Positions 1-7,494 of a DNA stretch of 24,378 nucleotides are shown piece by piece; positions within the stretch are counted from its first letter, which is position 1; the number at the start of each line of letters is the position of its first letter. The notes below the pieces were generated by a model. That model had not been told where the DNA came from, did not search any database, and worked only from the letters and a program-made list of their open reading frames with translations. A program made the translations under genes and the position numbers. This DNA comes from Prasinococcaceae sp. CCMP 1430. Lineage: Eukaryota > Plantae > Prasinodermophyta. The stretch is taken from contig RQSC01000808.1 of NCBI GenBank assembly GCA_013416795.1, positions 77,904-102,281 of the forward strand, given 5' to 3'.

Positions 1-331
1 GGGGTAGGTCATCAGGAGCCCGCGCGCGCGCCCCGCCCGCCCCCGCCGGGCGAGCGATCCCAGTCCGTCCCCCATCAAACGAGCAGACGCGCGCGCGTGG
101 CGTGGCGCGCGCGGCTTCCGGCGCGCTGCGAGGGCGGGAGCGAGGAGCGCCGCGCGCGCGCGCGCCCCCGCGCCCCGGCGCGTATTAAGGGTCAGAGCCC
201 CATGAAGGGTCTGATGTTCGACTCGTTCACACATCACAATGCACGCGTTCCGACGGGGTGCGGGGTTGAGGTTGGGAGGGGCGCGCCCCGCCGGCGGGTG
301 CGCGCGGCCGCGCGCGCCGAGATAAAATTTG

Positions 332-522
332 GCGCGCGCGCGCGCGCGCGGCCGGCCCCCCCTCGCTCCCGCTCGCTTCCCCCCCCGGCCGGGGCCCGAC
401 CCGACCCAAACCTCGGGACGCGGGGGGCGACGGGAAGGGAGGTCGAAACGCCAATGGATGCGTACCCTAATGAATGCGACCTCAAACGCGACGGCGCGCG
501 CGCGCGCGCGCGCGCGCGCGCG
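332..522. repeat. Two alternating (GC)n tracts upstream of SS4 (332-350, 19 nt; 494-522, 29 nt)
   Basis: Read directly from the sequence. Confidence 0.9.
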
Positions 523-531
523 GTTATTATC

Positions 532-3387
532 ATGCGCCGCCGCGGGGGCGAAGTGGCGGGGCGGGGNNNNNNNNNNNNNNNNNNNNNNNNNNNNNNNNNN
601 NNNGCCGCGGTGGCCAGGGCGGCCGGGGGCACGCCCAGGCGGGGTAACCGCAAGGCGGGAAAGGCCAAGGATGCGGCGGAGGCGCGCACGGGCGCCGCCC
701 TGCAGGCGGCCGCCGAGGCCGCGGACACCGTCGAGGACGCCGTCGAGGAGACGGTCGAGGACGCGCCCGCGCCCGCGGCCGCCAAGGAGGAGAGCGAGGG
801 CGAGGGCGAGGGCGAGGGCAAGGGCAAGGGCAAGGGCAAGGGCAAGGGCAAGGACGAGGACGAACCAGCGCCCAAGGCAGAGGCCAAGTCCGCGCCCAAG
901 GCGGAGGCCAAGCCGGCGCCCGCGCCCTCCGCCGCCGCCAAGCCCGCGCCTCCGAACGCGGCCGCGATCGCGGCCTCGGAGGCCGAGGAGCGGCTCGCGG
1001 AGAAAGTGATGGCCATCGCCGAGGCGAAGCTGGCCGAGGCCGAGAAGGGCATCCAGGCCATCGTGAAGCGGGAGGCCCAGGCGCGCGCCGACGCACAGGC
1101 GGCGCGAGAGGCGCTCGGGGCGGAGGCCGCGTCGCGCGAGAAGCTGCTCTCCGAGCTGAAGCAGCGGCTGGCGGCCGCCGAGGAGGAGACCGAGAAGGCC
1201 AAGGGCGACGCCGCCAAGGCCAACGACGCCGCCGCGAAGGCCAAGGACGCCGCCGCGAAGGCCAAGGACGACGCCGCGAAGGCCGAAGCCGACGAGGCGC
1301 GCAAGGCCGCCGACGCCGAGCTCATCGAGGAACTCGAGAAGCAGCTCGAGGCGGCCACGCGCGTCGCCGAGGACGCGCTCGCCATGAAGACCCTGCTCGA
1401 GGCCGCCGAGCGCCGGGCGGACGACGCGGAGGAGCGGGAGGCTGCCGCGGCGAGGTCCGCGATCTCGGCCGCGGAGGCCGCGCAGGACGCGACCGCCGCC
1501 GCCGAGGAGCTCACCACGGTGGCGATGGAGATCCAGGAGAGCGCGACGGACGACGAGAGCGCCAAAAAGGCGGCGAAGAAGAAGAAGGACAGCGGGTACA
1601 CGGAGGAGCCTTCGGCCCCCTTCGCGTGGGAGGACGGCCAGTGCTACGACGCGCGCATGGGGTTCTGGTCGCAAGCCCTGCTGCGCGTGGACGCGCTCAG
1701 CGCGGCGGGCCTCGTCACGCCCAGCGCGGCGGACGCGCTGCGCCTGCTCGTGTGGCGGCGCAACCGTCGGCTGCGCGAGCTGTACGAGCGCGCCGAGGGC
1801 GAGGCGCCCGGCAACGACGCGCACCTCGCGGGGTTGCTCGCAGAGATGACGAAGCGCGACGGGCGCCCGGGCATGCACGTCGTGCACGTGACCGCGGAGA
1901 TGGCGCCCGTCGCGAAGGTGGGCGGCCTCGGGGACGTGGTGCAAGGCCTCGGCCGCTCCCTGCAGAGCCGCGGCAACTGCGTGGAGATCGTGCTGCCCAA
2001 GTACGACACGCTCGACCACTCGCAGATTGACGGAATGCGGCTGATCGAGGGCCTCGAGCTGAGGGTGCCCTTCGAGAACCACTACGTGCCCGTGCACGTG
2101 TGGACCGGCAGCGTGCACGGCCTGCCCGTGGTGCTGCTCGACCCCTCGAACGGCATCTTCGCCCGCGGCGGCCCGTACGGCCAGCACGACGACGTGGTGC
2201 GGTTCAGCATCTTCAGCGCGGCGGCGCTCGAGTTCCTCGCGGTGACCGGGCGCAAGCCGGACGTCATCCACATCCACGAGTGGACGGCCGCCGCGGCCGC
2301 GCCGCTCTTCCGCGAGCGCTACGCGCGCTGGGGCAGCCTAGGCTCGGCCGCGCTGGTCTTCACCGCGCACTCGTTCGAGCACCAGGGCAAGGACGGCGCG
2401 AACTTGCTCACGCGGCTCGGTCTCTCGCAGGAGGCGCTGCACACCCCGGCGCGCATGGCCGACGTGCGCGATCAAGGCGCGATCAACCTCATGAAGGGCG
2501 CCGTCGCCGCGTGCGACGCGATGACCACCGTCAGCCCGACGTACGCGGCCGAGGGGTGCACGAAGGAGTTCGGCTTCGGGCTCGACGAGATCCTCTCCAA
2601 GCACCGCAACAAGCTCACAGGTGTCCTCAACGGCATCGATTACGCTGCGTGGAACCCGGCCACCGACATGTTCCTGCACACACAATACGCGCGGGCGCAG
2701 GAGGCCGACGGGGACAAGGTGGTCGACGCCTTCGTCGGCAAGGCCGTCAACAAGCGCGCGCTGCAGGAGGAGGTTGGGCTGAATGTCGACCCCCACGTGC
2801 CGCTGGTGGCGTGCGTGGGGCGGCTGGCGGCGCAGAAGGGCGTCAACCTCATTCGCCACGCAGTGTACCGCGCGGCCGAGCAGGGCGCGCAGTTCGTGCT
2901 GCTGGGTCTGCCCGTTGACAACCACATACGAGGCGACTTCGAGAACATCGCGCGGGAGTTCGAGGGTCGCGGCAACGTGGCCATTGTGCTCGCCTACGAT
3001 GAGGGCTTCGCGCACCGCGTGTACGCCGGCTCCGACATTCTGGTGATGCCGTCCATGTACGAGCCGTGCGGCCTCGCGCAGATGATCGCCATGCGCTACG
3101 GCACGGTGCCCGTCGTGCGCAGCACCGGCGGCCTGCGCGACAGCGTGGACGATGTCGACAGCGATGAAGGAGGCAACGGCTTCAGGTTCGATCACGCCAA
3201 CGAGGAGGGCCTCAACTACGGGCTCGATCGCGCCATTCAGTACAAGCGTGACAACGCCGACTGGTGGAGGGACACGCTCGTGGACACGTGCATGAGCACG
3301 GACTGGAGTTGGAACACCTCGGCCGAACACTATGAGGGCGTCTACCAGCGTGGCATGGCCGCGGCGAGCTCGCGCAAGGGCTGGTGA
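532..3387 (+). CDS. SS4: Soluble starch synthase IV (GT5) with long Ala/Glu/Lys-rich coiled-coil N-terminus; true start uncertain (in-frame ATG at 532, or inside the N gap 567-602)
   Basis: Motifs AEMAPVAKVGGLGDVV (KxGGL ADP-glucose site), RLAAQKGVNLI and PSMYEPCGLAQMIAMRYG. The pre-catalytic segment FWSQALLRVDAL...LRLLVWRRNRRLRELY resembles, from memory, the SSIV-specific region of plant SS4. No intron is needed from 603 to the TGA at 3385-3387. The ORF portion 97-531 reads through (GC)n tracts and is probably non-coding. Confidence 0.93.
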   Translation: MRRRGGEVAGRXXXXXXXXXXXXXAAVARAAGGTPRRGNRKAGKAKDAAEARTGAALQAAAEAADTVEDAVEETVEDAPAPAAAKEESEGEGEGEGKGKGKGKGKGKDEDEPAPKAEAKSAPKAEAKPAPAPSAAAKPAPPNAAAIAASEAEERLAEKVMAIAEAKLAEAEKGIQAIVKREAQARADAQAAREALGAEAASREKLLSELKQRLAAAEEETEKAKGDAAKANDAAAKAKDAAAKAKDDAAKAEADEARKAADAELIEELEKQLEAATRVAEDALAMKTLLEAAERRADDAEEREAAAARSAISAAEAAQDATAAAEELTTVAMEIQESATDDESAKKAAKKKKDSGYTEEPSAPFAWEDGQCYDARMGFWSQALLRVDALSAAGLVTPSAADALRLLVWRRNRRLRELYERAEGEAPGNDAHLAGLLAEMTKRDGRPGMHVVHVTAEMAPVAKVGGLGDVVQGLGRSLQSRGNCVEIVLPKYDTLDHSQIDGMRLIEGLELRVPFENHYVPVHVWTGSVHGLPVVLLDPSNGIFARGGPYGQHDDVVRFSIFSAAALEFLAVTGRKPDVIHIHEWTAAAAAPLFRERYARWGSLGSAALVFTAHSFEHQGKDGANLLTRLGLSQEALHTPARMADVRDQGAINLMKGAVAACDAMTTVSPTYAAEGCTKEFGFGLDEILSKHRNKLTGVLNGIDYAAWNPATDMFLHTQYARAQEADGDKVVDAFVGKAVNKRALQEEVGLNVDPHVPLVACVGRLAAQKGVNLIRHAVYRAAEQGAQFVLLGLPVDNHIRGDFENIAREFEGRGNVAIVLAYDEGFAHRVYAGSDILVMPSMYEPCGLAQMIAMRYGTVPVVRSTGGLRDSVDDVDSDEGGNGFRFDHANEEGLNYGLDRAIQYKRDNADWWRDTLVDTCMSTDWSWNTSAEHYEGVYQRGMAAASSRKGW
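567..602. other. Assembly gap (36 N)
   Basis: Run of n. Confidence 1.
796..852 (+). repeat. Coding hexamer repeat (GAGGGC)4(AAGGGC)5 encoding (EG)4(KG)5K
   Basis: Read directly; matches EGEGEGEGKGKGKGKGKGK in the SS4 ORF. Confidence 0.9.
1198..1281 (+). repeat. Four imperfect 21-nt tandem units encoding heptads (AKGDAAK/ANDAAAK/AKDAAAK/AKDDAAK) in the SS4 coiled coil
   Basis: Units start at 1198, 1219, 1240 and 1261. Confidence 0.85.
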
Positions 3388-3452
3388 GAGCAAGCGCCAA
3401 CCTGGCGGGCTTGAGCCAGCGCGAGTGAGCGCGCCGGCGCGAGGACCCGGTA

Positions 3453-3457
3453 TGTAA
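3453..3457 (+). terminator. Candidate TGTAA polyadenylation signal of SS4
   Basis: TGTAA about 65 nt after the stop, in an AT-rich patch. UGUAA is the established chlorophyte poly(A) signal. Confidence 0.55.
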
Positions 3458-3829
3458 ATAATTTTTGAGCAGCGACGCAGTGGCGAGCGCTCGGAGGAAA
3501 ACGCAAATGCCCGCGCACGAGCGCGTCTCCTCCCCCTCGCGGCCCCACGTCCTGAGCTTGGCGACCGTCCTCTCGGTGCGCGGCGCGGTGCCACGCAGCG
3601 AGTCCTGCCCCCCCCCCCCACGATCGGGTTAGGGTTCACAGCACATATTTTAGGGGTCAAGTCTCGGGATATTACTGTAGATCCACTTGCACGCTGGGTA
3701 GGGTTCGAGCTTCGAGCGGCGTCTCCTCCCTCAGGTGGTGATGGAGAGGTCAGTTCGCGTTGGCGGCGTCTAGGCGCGAATTCCCCGAGTGCACAACACC
3801 GCGCGCGCTCGCGCGCTCGATCCGCAGGG

Positions 3830-5169
3830 GTGCTGGGGACGGCGGCCGCGGAGACGGCGGAGGTTCTAGGGGGGGGGGGGGGGGGGGAGCGGCGGCCGCG
3901 TCGCGCTGGCACGCACGCGGCGGCGGCCGCCTTTCCCCCGGAGCTACTGAGCGCGGCGGCGGCCGCGCGGTACTGCGCCGCGGGCGGGGCCTGCTGCTTC
4001 CTCTCGCACTCGGCCGCGGTGCCGGTCGACGTCGTCAAGACGCGCTGCCAGCTCGACCCCGCGCGGTACCCGGCGCCGCTGGCGGCCGCTCAGACCATCG
4101 TCGCAGAGGAGGGCGCGGGCGCGCTGCTCGGCGGGCTGGGTGCGACCGGGCTGGGTTATCTAGTGCAGGGGAGCTTGAAGTACGGCATCTTCGAGAGTCT
4201 CAAGGGCGTAGTGGGCGGCACGCTGGATGCAGCATTCGTTGCCGATCACAGGCTGGTGCGTGCGCGCGAGTGCGGGGATTGGCTAGTGCCACTGAGGCAA
4301 GGACATGCGCGCACGCGGCTCGTGCCTGCTCGCAACAGCGCTCGCGCATGCGCACGCACGCGAAAGAGCATAAGCTGACGCGCGCAACGCATTCGTTTGC
4401 TCGCTCAGGTGCTGCTGATTGCGTGCGCGTCCACCGCCGAGCTCTTCGGCACCAGCGCCTTGTGCCCCTTCGAGGCCGCACGCATCCGCATGGTGGCCGA
4501 GCCCGACTTCGCTCCCTCGCTGCTAGCGGCGATGCGGAAGCTTGCTGGCGACGGGCTGGGTCCGCTCTATGGAGGGTTGCCGGTGATTCTGCTCAAAATG
4601 GTACGCAAGCGAGCGCGCGAGCGCATCGACGCGCGAAGGAGCGCAGGGAGAGCGATGCGGAGTGCGTTGGTCACCGCGCGTCGTCACGCGCGCTGACGCC
4701 TGCAGTGCTGCGCCCGATGCTCGTGGCACACGCGCACTCGTCTCGAATGCCTACCCGGAAATGCGCGCAGGTGCCGTACACTGTCACTCAGCTGGTGTCG
4801 TACGAGTTGGCGACGCGGACTCTGTACGATGCCGCAGATGCTGCCGGCAGCGGCGATATGCTGGCTGCATATGTACCCGCCGCAGCAGCGCTCGCGGCGG
4901 CGCTCGCGGCGACGGTGACCTCGCAGCCTGGCGATGCATTGCTCAGCGAGGTCAATCGAATGAATGCATTAGGCGAGACCGAGGGTGACGGTGGCGGCGA
5001 ATTTGTGCCAGAGAGCCTGCCCGCCATCGCGCTGCGATTAGGGCGCTCGGGCGGGCTTGCTACAGGCCTATCATCGCGCCTTGCACAATACTCGCTCATC
5101 GTCGTGACGCAGCTCGTCACCTACGACCTGATCAAAGTCGCCCTCGGCCTTGGCCTTACAGGCAGATAG
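3830..5169 (+). CDS. Mitochondrial carrier family protein, phosphate carrier (PiC/Mir1)-like; exons about 3830..4255, 4409..4600, 4771..5169; 5' end unresolved
   Basis: Three carrier repeats with Px[DE]xx[KR]-type signatures (VPVDVVKTRCQLDP, LCPFEAARIRM, SQPGDALLS). PiC-like segments GYLVQGSLKYGIFE and VPYT. Two phase-0 GT-AG introns join three different ORFs of the track into one frame (338 aa counted from 3830). Confidence 0.85.
4256..4408 (+). other. Spliceosomal intron 1 of the carrier gene (153 bp, phase 0)
   Basis: CTG|GTGCGT...GCTGAC (4374-4379)...CTCAG|GTG; removal restores the frame (ADHRL|VLLIAC). Confidence 0.85.
4601..4770 (+). other. Spliceosomal intron 2 of the carrier gene (170 bp, phase 0)
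   Basis: ATG|GTACGC...GCTGAC (4692-4697)...CGCAG|GTG; removal restores LLKM|VPYT. Confidence 0.85.
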
Positions 5170-5204
5170 CGCCCAAATGAGCGGCGCCAATTGAGTATGA
5201 CTCT

Positions 5205-5209
5205 TGTAA
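5205..5209 (+). terminator. Candidate TGTAA polyadenylation signal of the carrier gene
   Basis: TGTAA 35 nt after the TAG at 5167-5169. Confidence 0.5.
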
Positions 5210-5318
5210 TATCTTTGGGCATGCCGGGGTGCTCGTCGTACGCACGTTGGTGGTGGAATGCCAAGGCACGCGTGGCAGCAATGCGCCGCGGCGCACACAA
5301 CGCGTCGCTGCGACGTCC

Positions 5319-6836
5319 TCAGGGAAGAAGCCGGACTTTCCCCCCGGAATCGCCTCCGTCCTCCCTCCGCAGCTTGTTGGGAAACATGGCAATGAAATCT
5401 ACCAACTTCTTCACGCTTCTTGGTTTGCCTCTGATGCTTTGCCCGATGTCCGACAATTCAGCGGCGCCGCCTCGCTCTCTCAGAAATCCGACGACGATGC
5501 GCAGCACCTCGAGGTGCTCTGCGGTCGGACCGACATTCTCGCCAAGCTGGCCCTGCTGGGCAGTCGCCTGGCTTCCTCCTGCGCTGTCCTCGCGCTTCTT
5601 GCCCGTGTAGGAACCCCATGCCTTCGCCTCGGCGTCCGCAGCGCTGCCCTGCCTGCCGACGGGTGGCGCGCCCCAGCCCTGCGGCTGGGCCGCTTGCACG
5701 TTTCCAACGTTTCGCCCCAGGCCCGGTGGTAGAACACTCTGTGTCGGGGCCACCGGCGCGGCACCTGCACTCGCCCGCGCGCCATCAGTGGCTGCACCAC
5801 CACCACTTTGGGCGGCTGCTTGCCGACCATCCTTGCCCTTCTTGCCCTTCTTGCCCGTGTAGGAACCCCATGCCTTCGCCTCGGCGTCCGCAGCGCTGCC
5901 CTGCCTGCCGACGGGTGGCGCGCCCCAGCCCTGCGGCTGGGCCGCTTGCACGTTTCCAACGTTTCGCCCCAGGCCCGGTGGTAGAACACTCTGTGTCGGG
6001 GCCACCGGCGCGGCACCTCCACCTTCCCCGAGAAGTCCCTCCAGCAGCTGATCAGCGAGGGCGCTTTCGGACTGACCAGCCCCTTGCGAGGGGCCGGGAA
6101 CGGGCGGAGCATTGCTGCTCTGCCGCGCGATTCCCAAGGGCTTCGCTCCCCACCCAGTCGCCTCCTGCTGAGGTGCTGCTTGCTCCGCCTTCCTCACATT
6201 CGGCACCATGCCTGGGGGTAGCTTTGACGCTGTTCTCACCGAGGGTACGATACTCGCGGTCGGCTGGTGCCCCTGCTGTTGCGGCTGCCACTGCCGCTGC
6301 TCGATCTCCTCACGACGTAATTTGTCATCAACTGCCTTCAAGGCGACGTCGACGTCGTCTTGCGCTCCCTCGCGCTTGCGCTTGTCCCTGCGCCCTCGCG
6401 CCCCCTCGCCCTCGCGCCATTCGTCCGATCCCGCGCGCAGCATCTCCGCCGGAACGTCAGCCTCGATCGCGCGGCGCTCCTCTTCATCAAGAGCGCGCTC
6501 CACAGCGGCGCGGTGGCCAGCCTCGGCCGCGAGTATGGCGAAGTCCGGCTGCTGGCGGCTCTTCGAGAGCTCCAGGGCAAGGGCGTCCCCCGTATCGCTC
6601 GCCAAGAGATTGGCGATGTCTTCTTGCACTTTGATGGCTGCCCTGACGGCCGCCGCCACGTCGTCGTAGTATGCAGCGATCCAATGCGAGCCGCGGTCGT
6701 GATCCTCTCCGGCGTTGTACTGGTACGCATAGCGAATGCCGCGGGCGCCCTCGAGCATCGAGGCGATCTCGGCGGCGCACGCACGCGTCGGCACGTGCAA
6801 CACGCGCACCCCAGTCACTCGCCCCCCGTCAGACAT
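5319..6836 (-). CDS. Uncharacterised 505-aa protein: N-terminal RRM-like fold, Gly/Gln/Pro-rich linker with five WG motifs, C-terminal winged-helix (LOTUS/OST-HTH-like)
   Basis: Long open frame with coding-like composition, ATG at 6836 in GCCATG context (MSDGGRVTGVRVLHVP), stop at 5319-5321. Domain calls are by pattern recognition only. Confidence 0.75.
   Translation of the reverse strand: MSDGGRVTGVRVLHVPTRACAAEIASMLEGARGIRYAYQYNAGEDHDRGSHWIAAYYDDVAAAVRAAIKVQEDIANLLASDTGDALALELSKSRQQPDFAILAAEAGHRAAVERALDEEERRAIEADVPAEMLRAGSDEWREGEGARGRRDKRKREGAQDDVDVALKAVDDKLRREEIEQRQWQPQQQGHQPTASIVPSVRTASKLPPGMVPNVRKAEQAAPQQEATGWGAKPLGIARQSSNAPPVPGPSQGAGQSESALADQLLEGLLGEGGGAAPVAPTQSVLPPGLGRNVGNVQAAQPQGWGAPPVGRQGSAADAEAKAWGSYTGKKGKKGKDGRQAAAQSGGGAATDGARASAGAAPVAPTQSVLPPGLGRNVGNVQAAQPQGWGAPPVGRQGSAADAEAKAWGSYTGKKREDSAGGSQATAQQGQLGENVGPTAEHLEVLRIVVGFLRERGGAAELSDIGQSIRGKPRSVKKLVDFIAMFPNKLRREDGGDSGGKVRLLP
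5595..6018. repeat. Exact 172-bp direct repeat (5595-5766 and 5847-6018), offset 252 bp (in frame), inside the minus-strand CDS
   Basis: The two copies are identical base for base by eye and encode AAPVAPTQSVLPPGLGRNVGNVQAAQPQGWGAPPVGRQGSAADAEAKAWGSYTGKK twice. Confidence 0.95.
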
Positions 6837-7494
6837 GGCCGACGCCCCTACCACCGACCTCTCCCAGATCCCCGCCCCCTCCACTGCCTTTCTCGCGCCT
6901 GCTCCTCCCTCGCTCGCCGATGCGCCCTCTGGCCGGCCGGCCGGTCCGCCCGCCCGGCGGCGCCGCGCGCGAGAGCTGCGCAGCGCCTACCCCTGGCCGC
7001 GCCCCTCGCCGTGGGCGGCGGCTCGAGGCTCTTGACTCGCACGCACGAGGGCCCCGGCGTGTCCGAGGCCGTCGTCGGCGGCGGCGGCGGCGCGCCGCGT
7101 CCGCCCACTGGCAAGCTGGCCTGCGCAGGCGCTTTCAATCTCGCACAAAAAAAAACGCTCTGAGTTTCGCTCGTATTTCGCCTGCGCTCACTCGCGCGCG
7201 CGCGCACACGTGCATGCGCTCTCATATGCGCATACGGGCAAAAAAATGGGGCCGAACGTGCGAGACAGCGCGCGGTCGCTGCGCGCCACAGCGCGCGCGT
7301 GCGCGTGCGCTTGGGGGAGTAGGGGGTGGCGGGGGGCGACTGTAAGCATCGACGGCGGGCGAGGGGGGGGCACAGGGCGAGGCGGGGCTGAGCTCACGTG
7401 AGAGAACGGCGGGCGCGCGCGCGGGCGCAGGGGAGGTTTGAGGAGGTGGGAGGCGCGGGCGCGCGTGGGGAGGGGCGGCGCCGGCGTCGGTGCG

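Noticed and set aside
328-335. E2F-like site TTTGGCGC upstream of SS4
   Set aside because: A single 8-mer, most of which belongs to a (GC)n tract; a few such matches are expected by chance in a window this size.
97-531. 5' extension of the 1096-aa ORF, and similar extensions of ORFs 12307..13938, 13363..15270, 20101..22023 and 22454..23995
   Set aside because: They read through (GC)n or G-rich intergenic DNA as RARARA-like or low-complexity text and start at GTG/TTG. Stops are simply rare at this GC content.
3626-3705. Interstitial telomere array
   Set aside because: At most about 1.5 consecutive units; better treated as isolated telo-box-like motifs.
234-4038. Long antisense or shifted ORFs (234..1601, 2100..2918, 2338..4038; likewise 15819..17606, 20215..21816)
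   Set aside because: Shadow ORFs of real GC3-rich genes with no recognisable motifs.
4700-4705. Alternative acceptor CTGCAG just after the intron-2 branch site
   Set aside because: Too close to the branch point, and it puts the downstream exon out of frame.
5595-6018. Direct repeat considered as a CRISPR array or transposon LTRs
   Set aside because: Only two long copies, in frame inside a CDS of a eukaryote, with no cas or transposase gene and no TG...CA ends.
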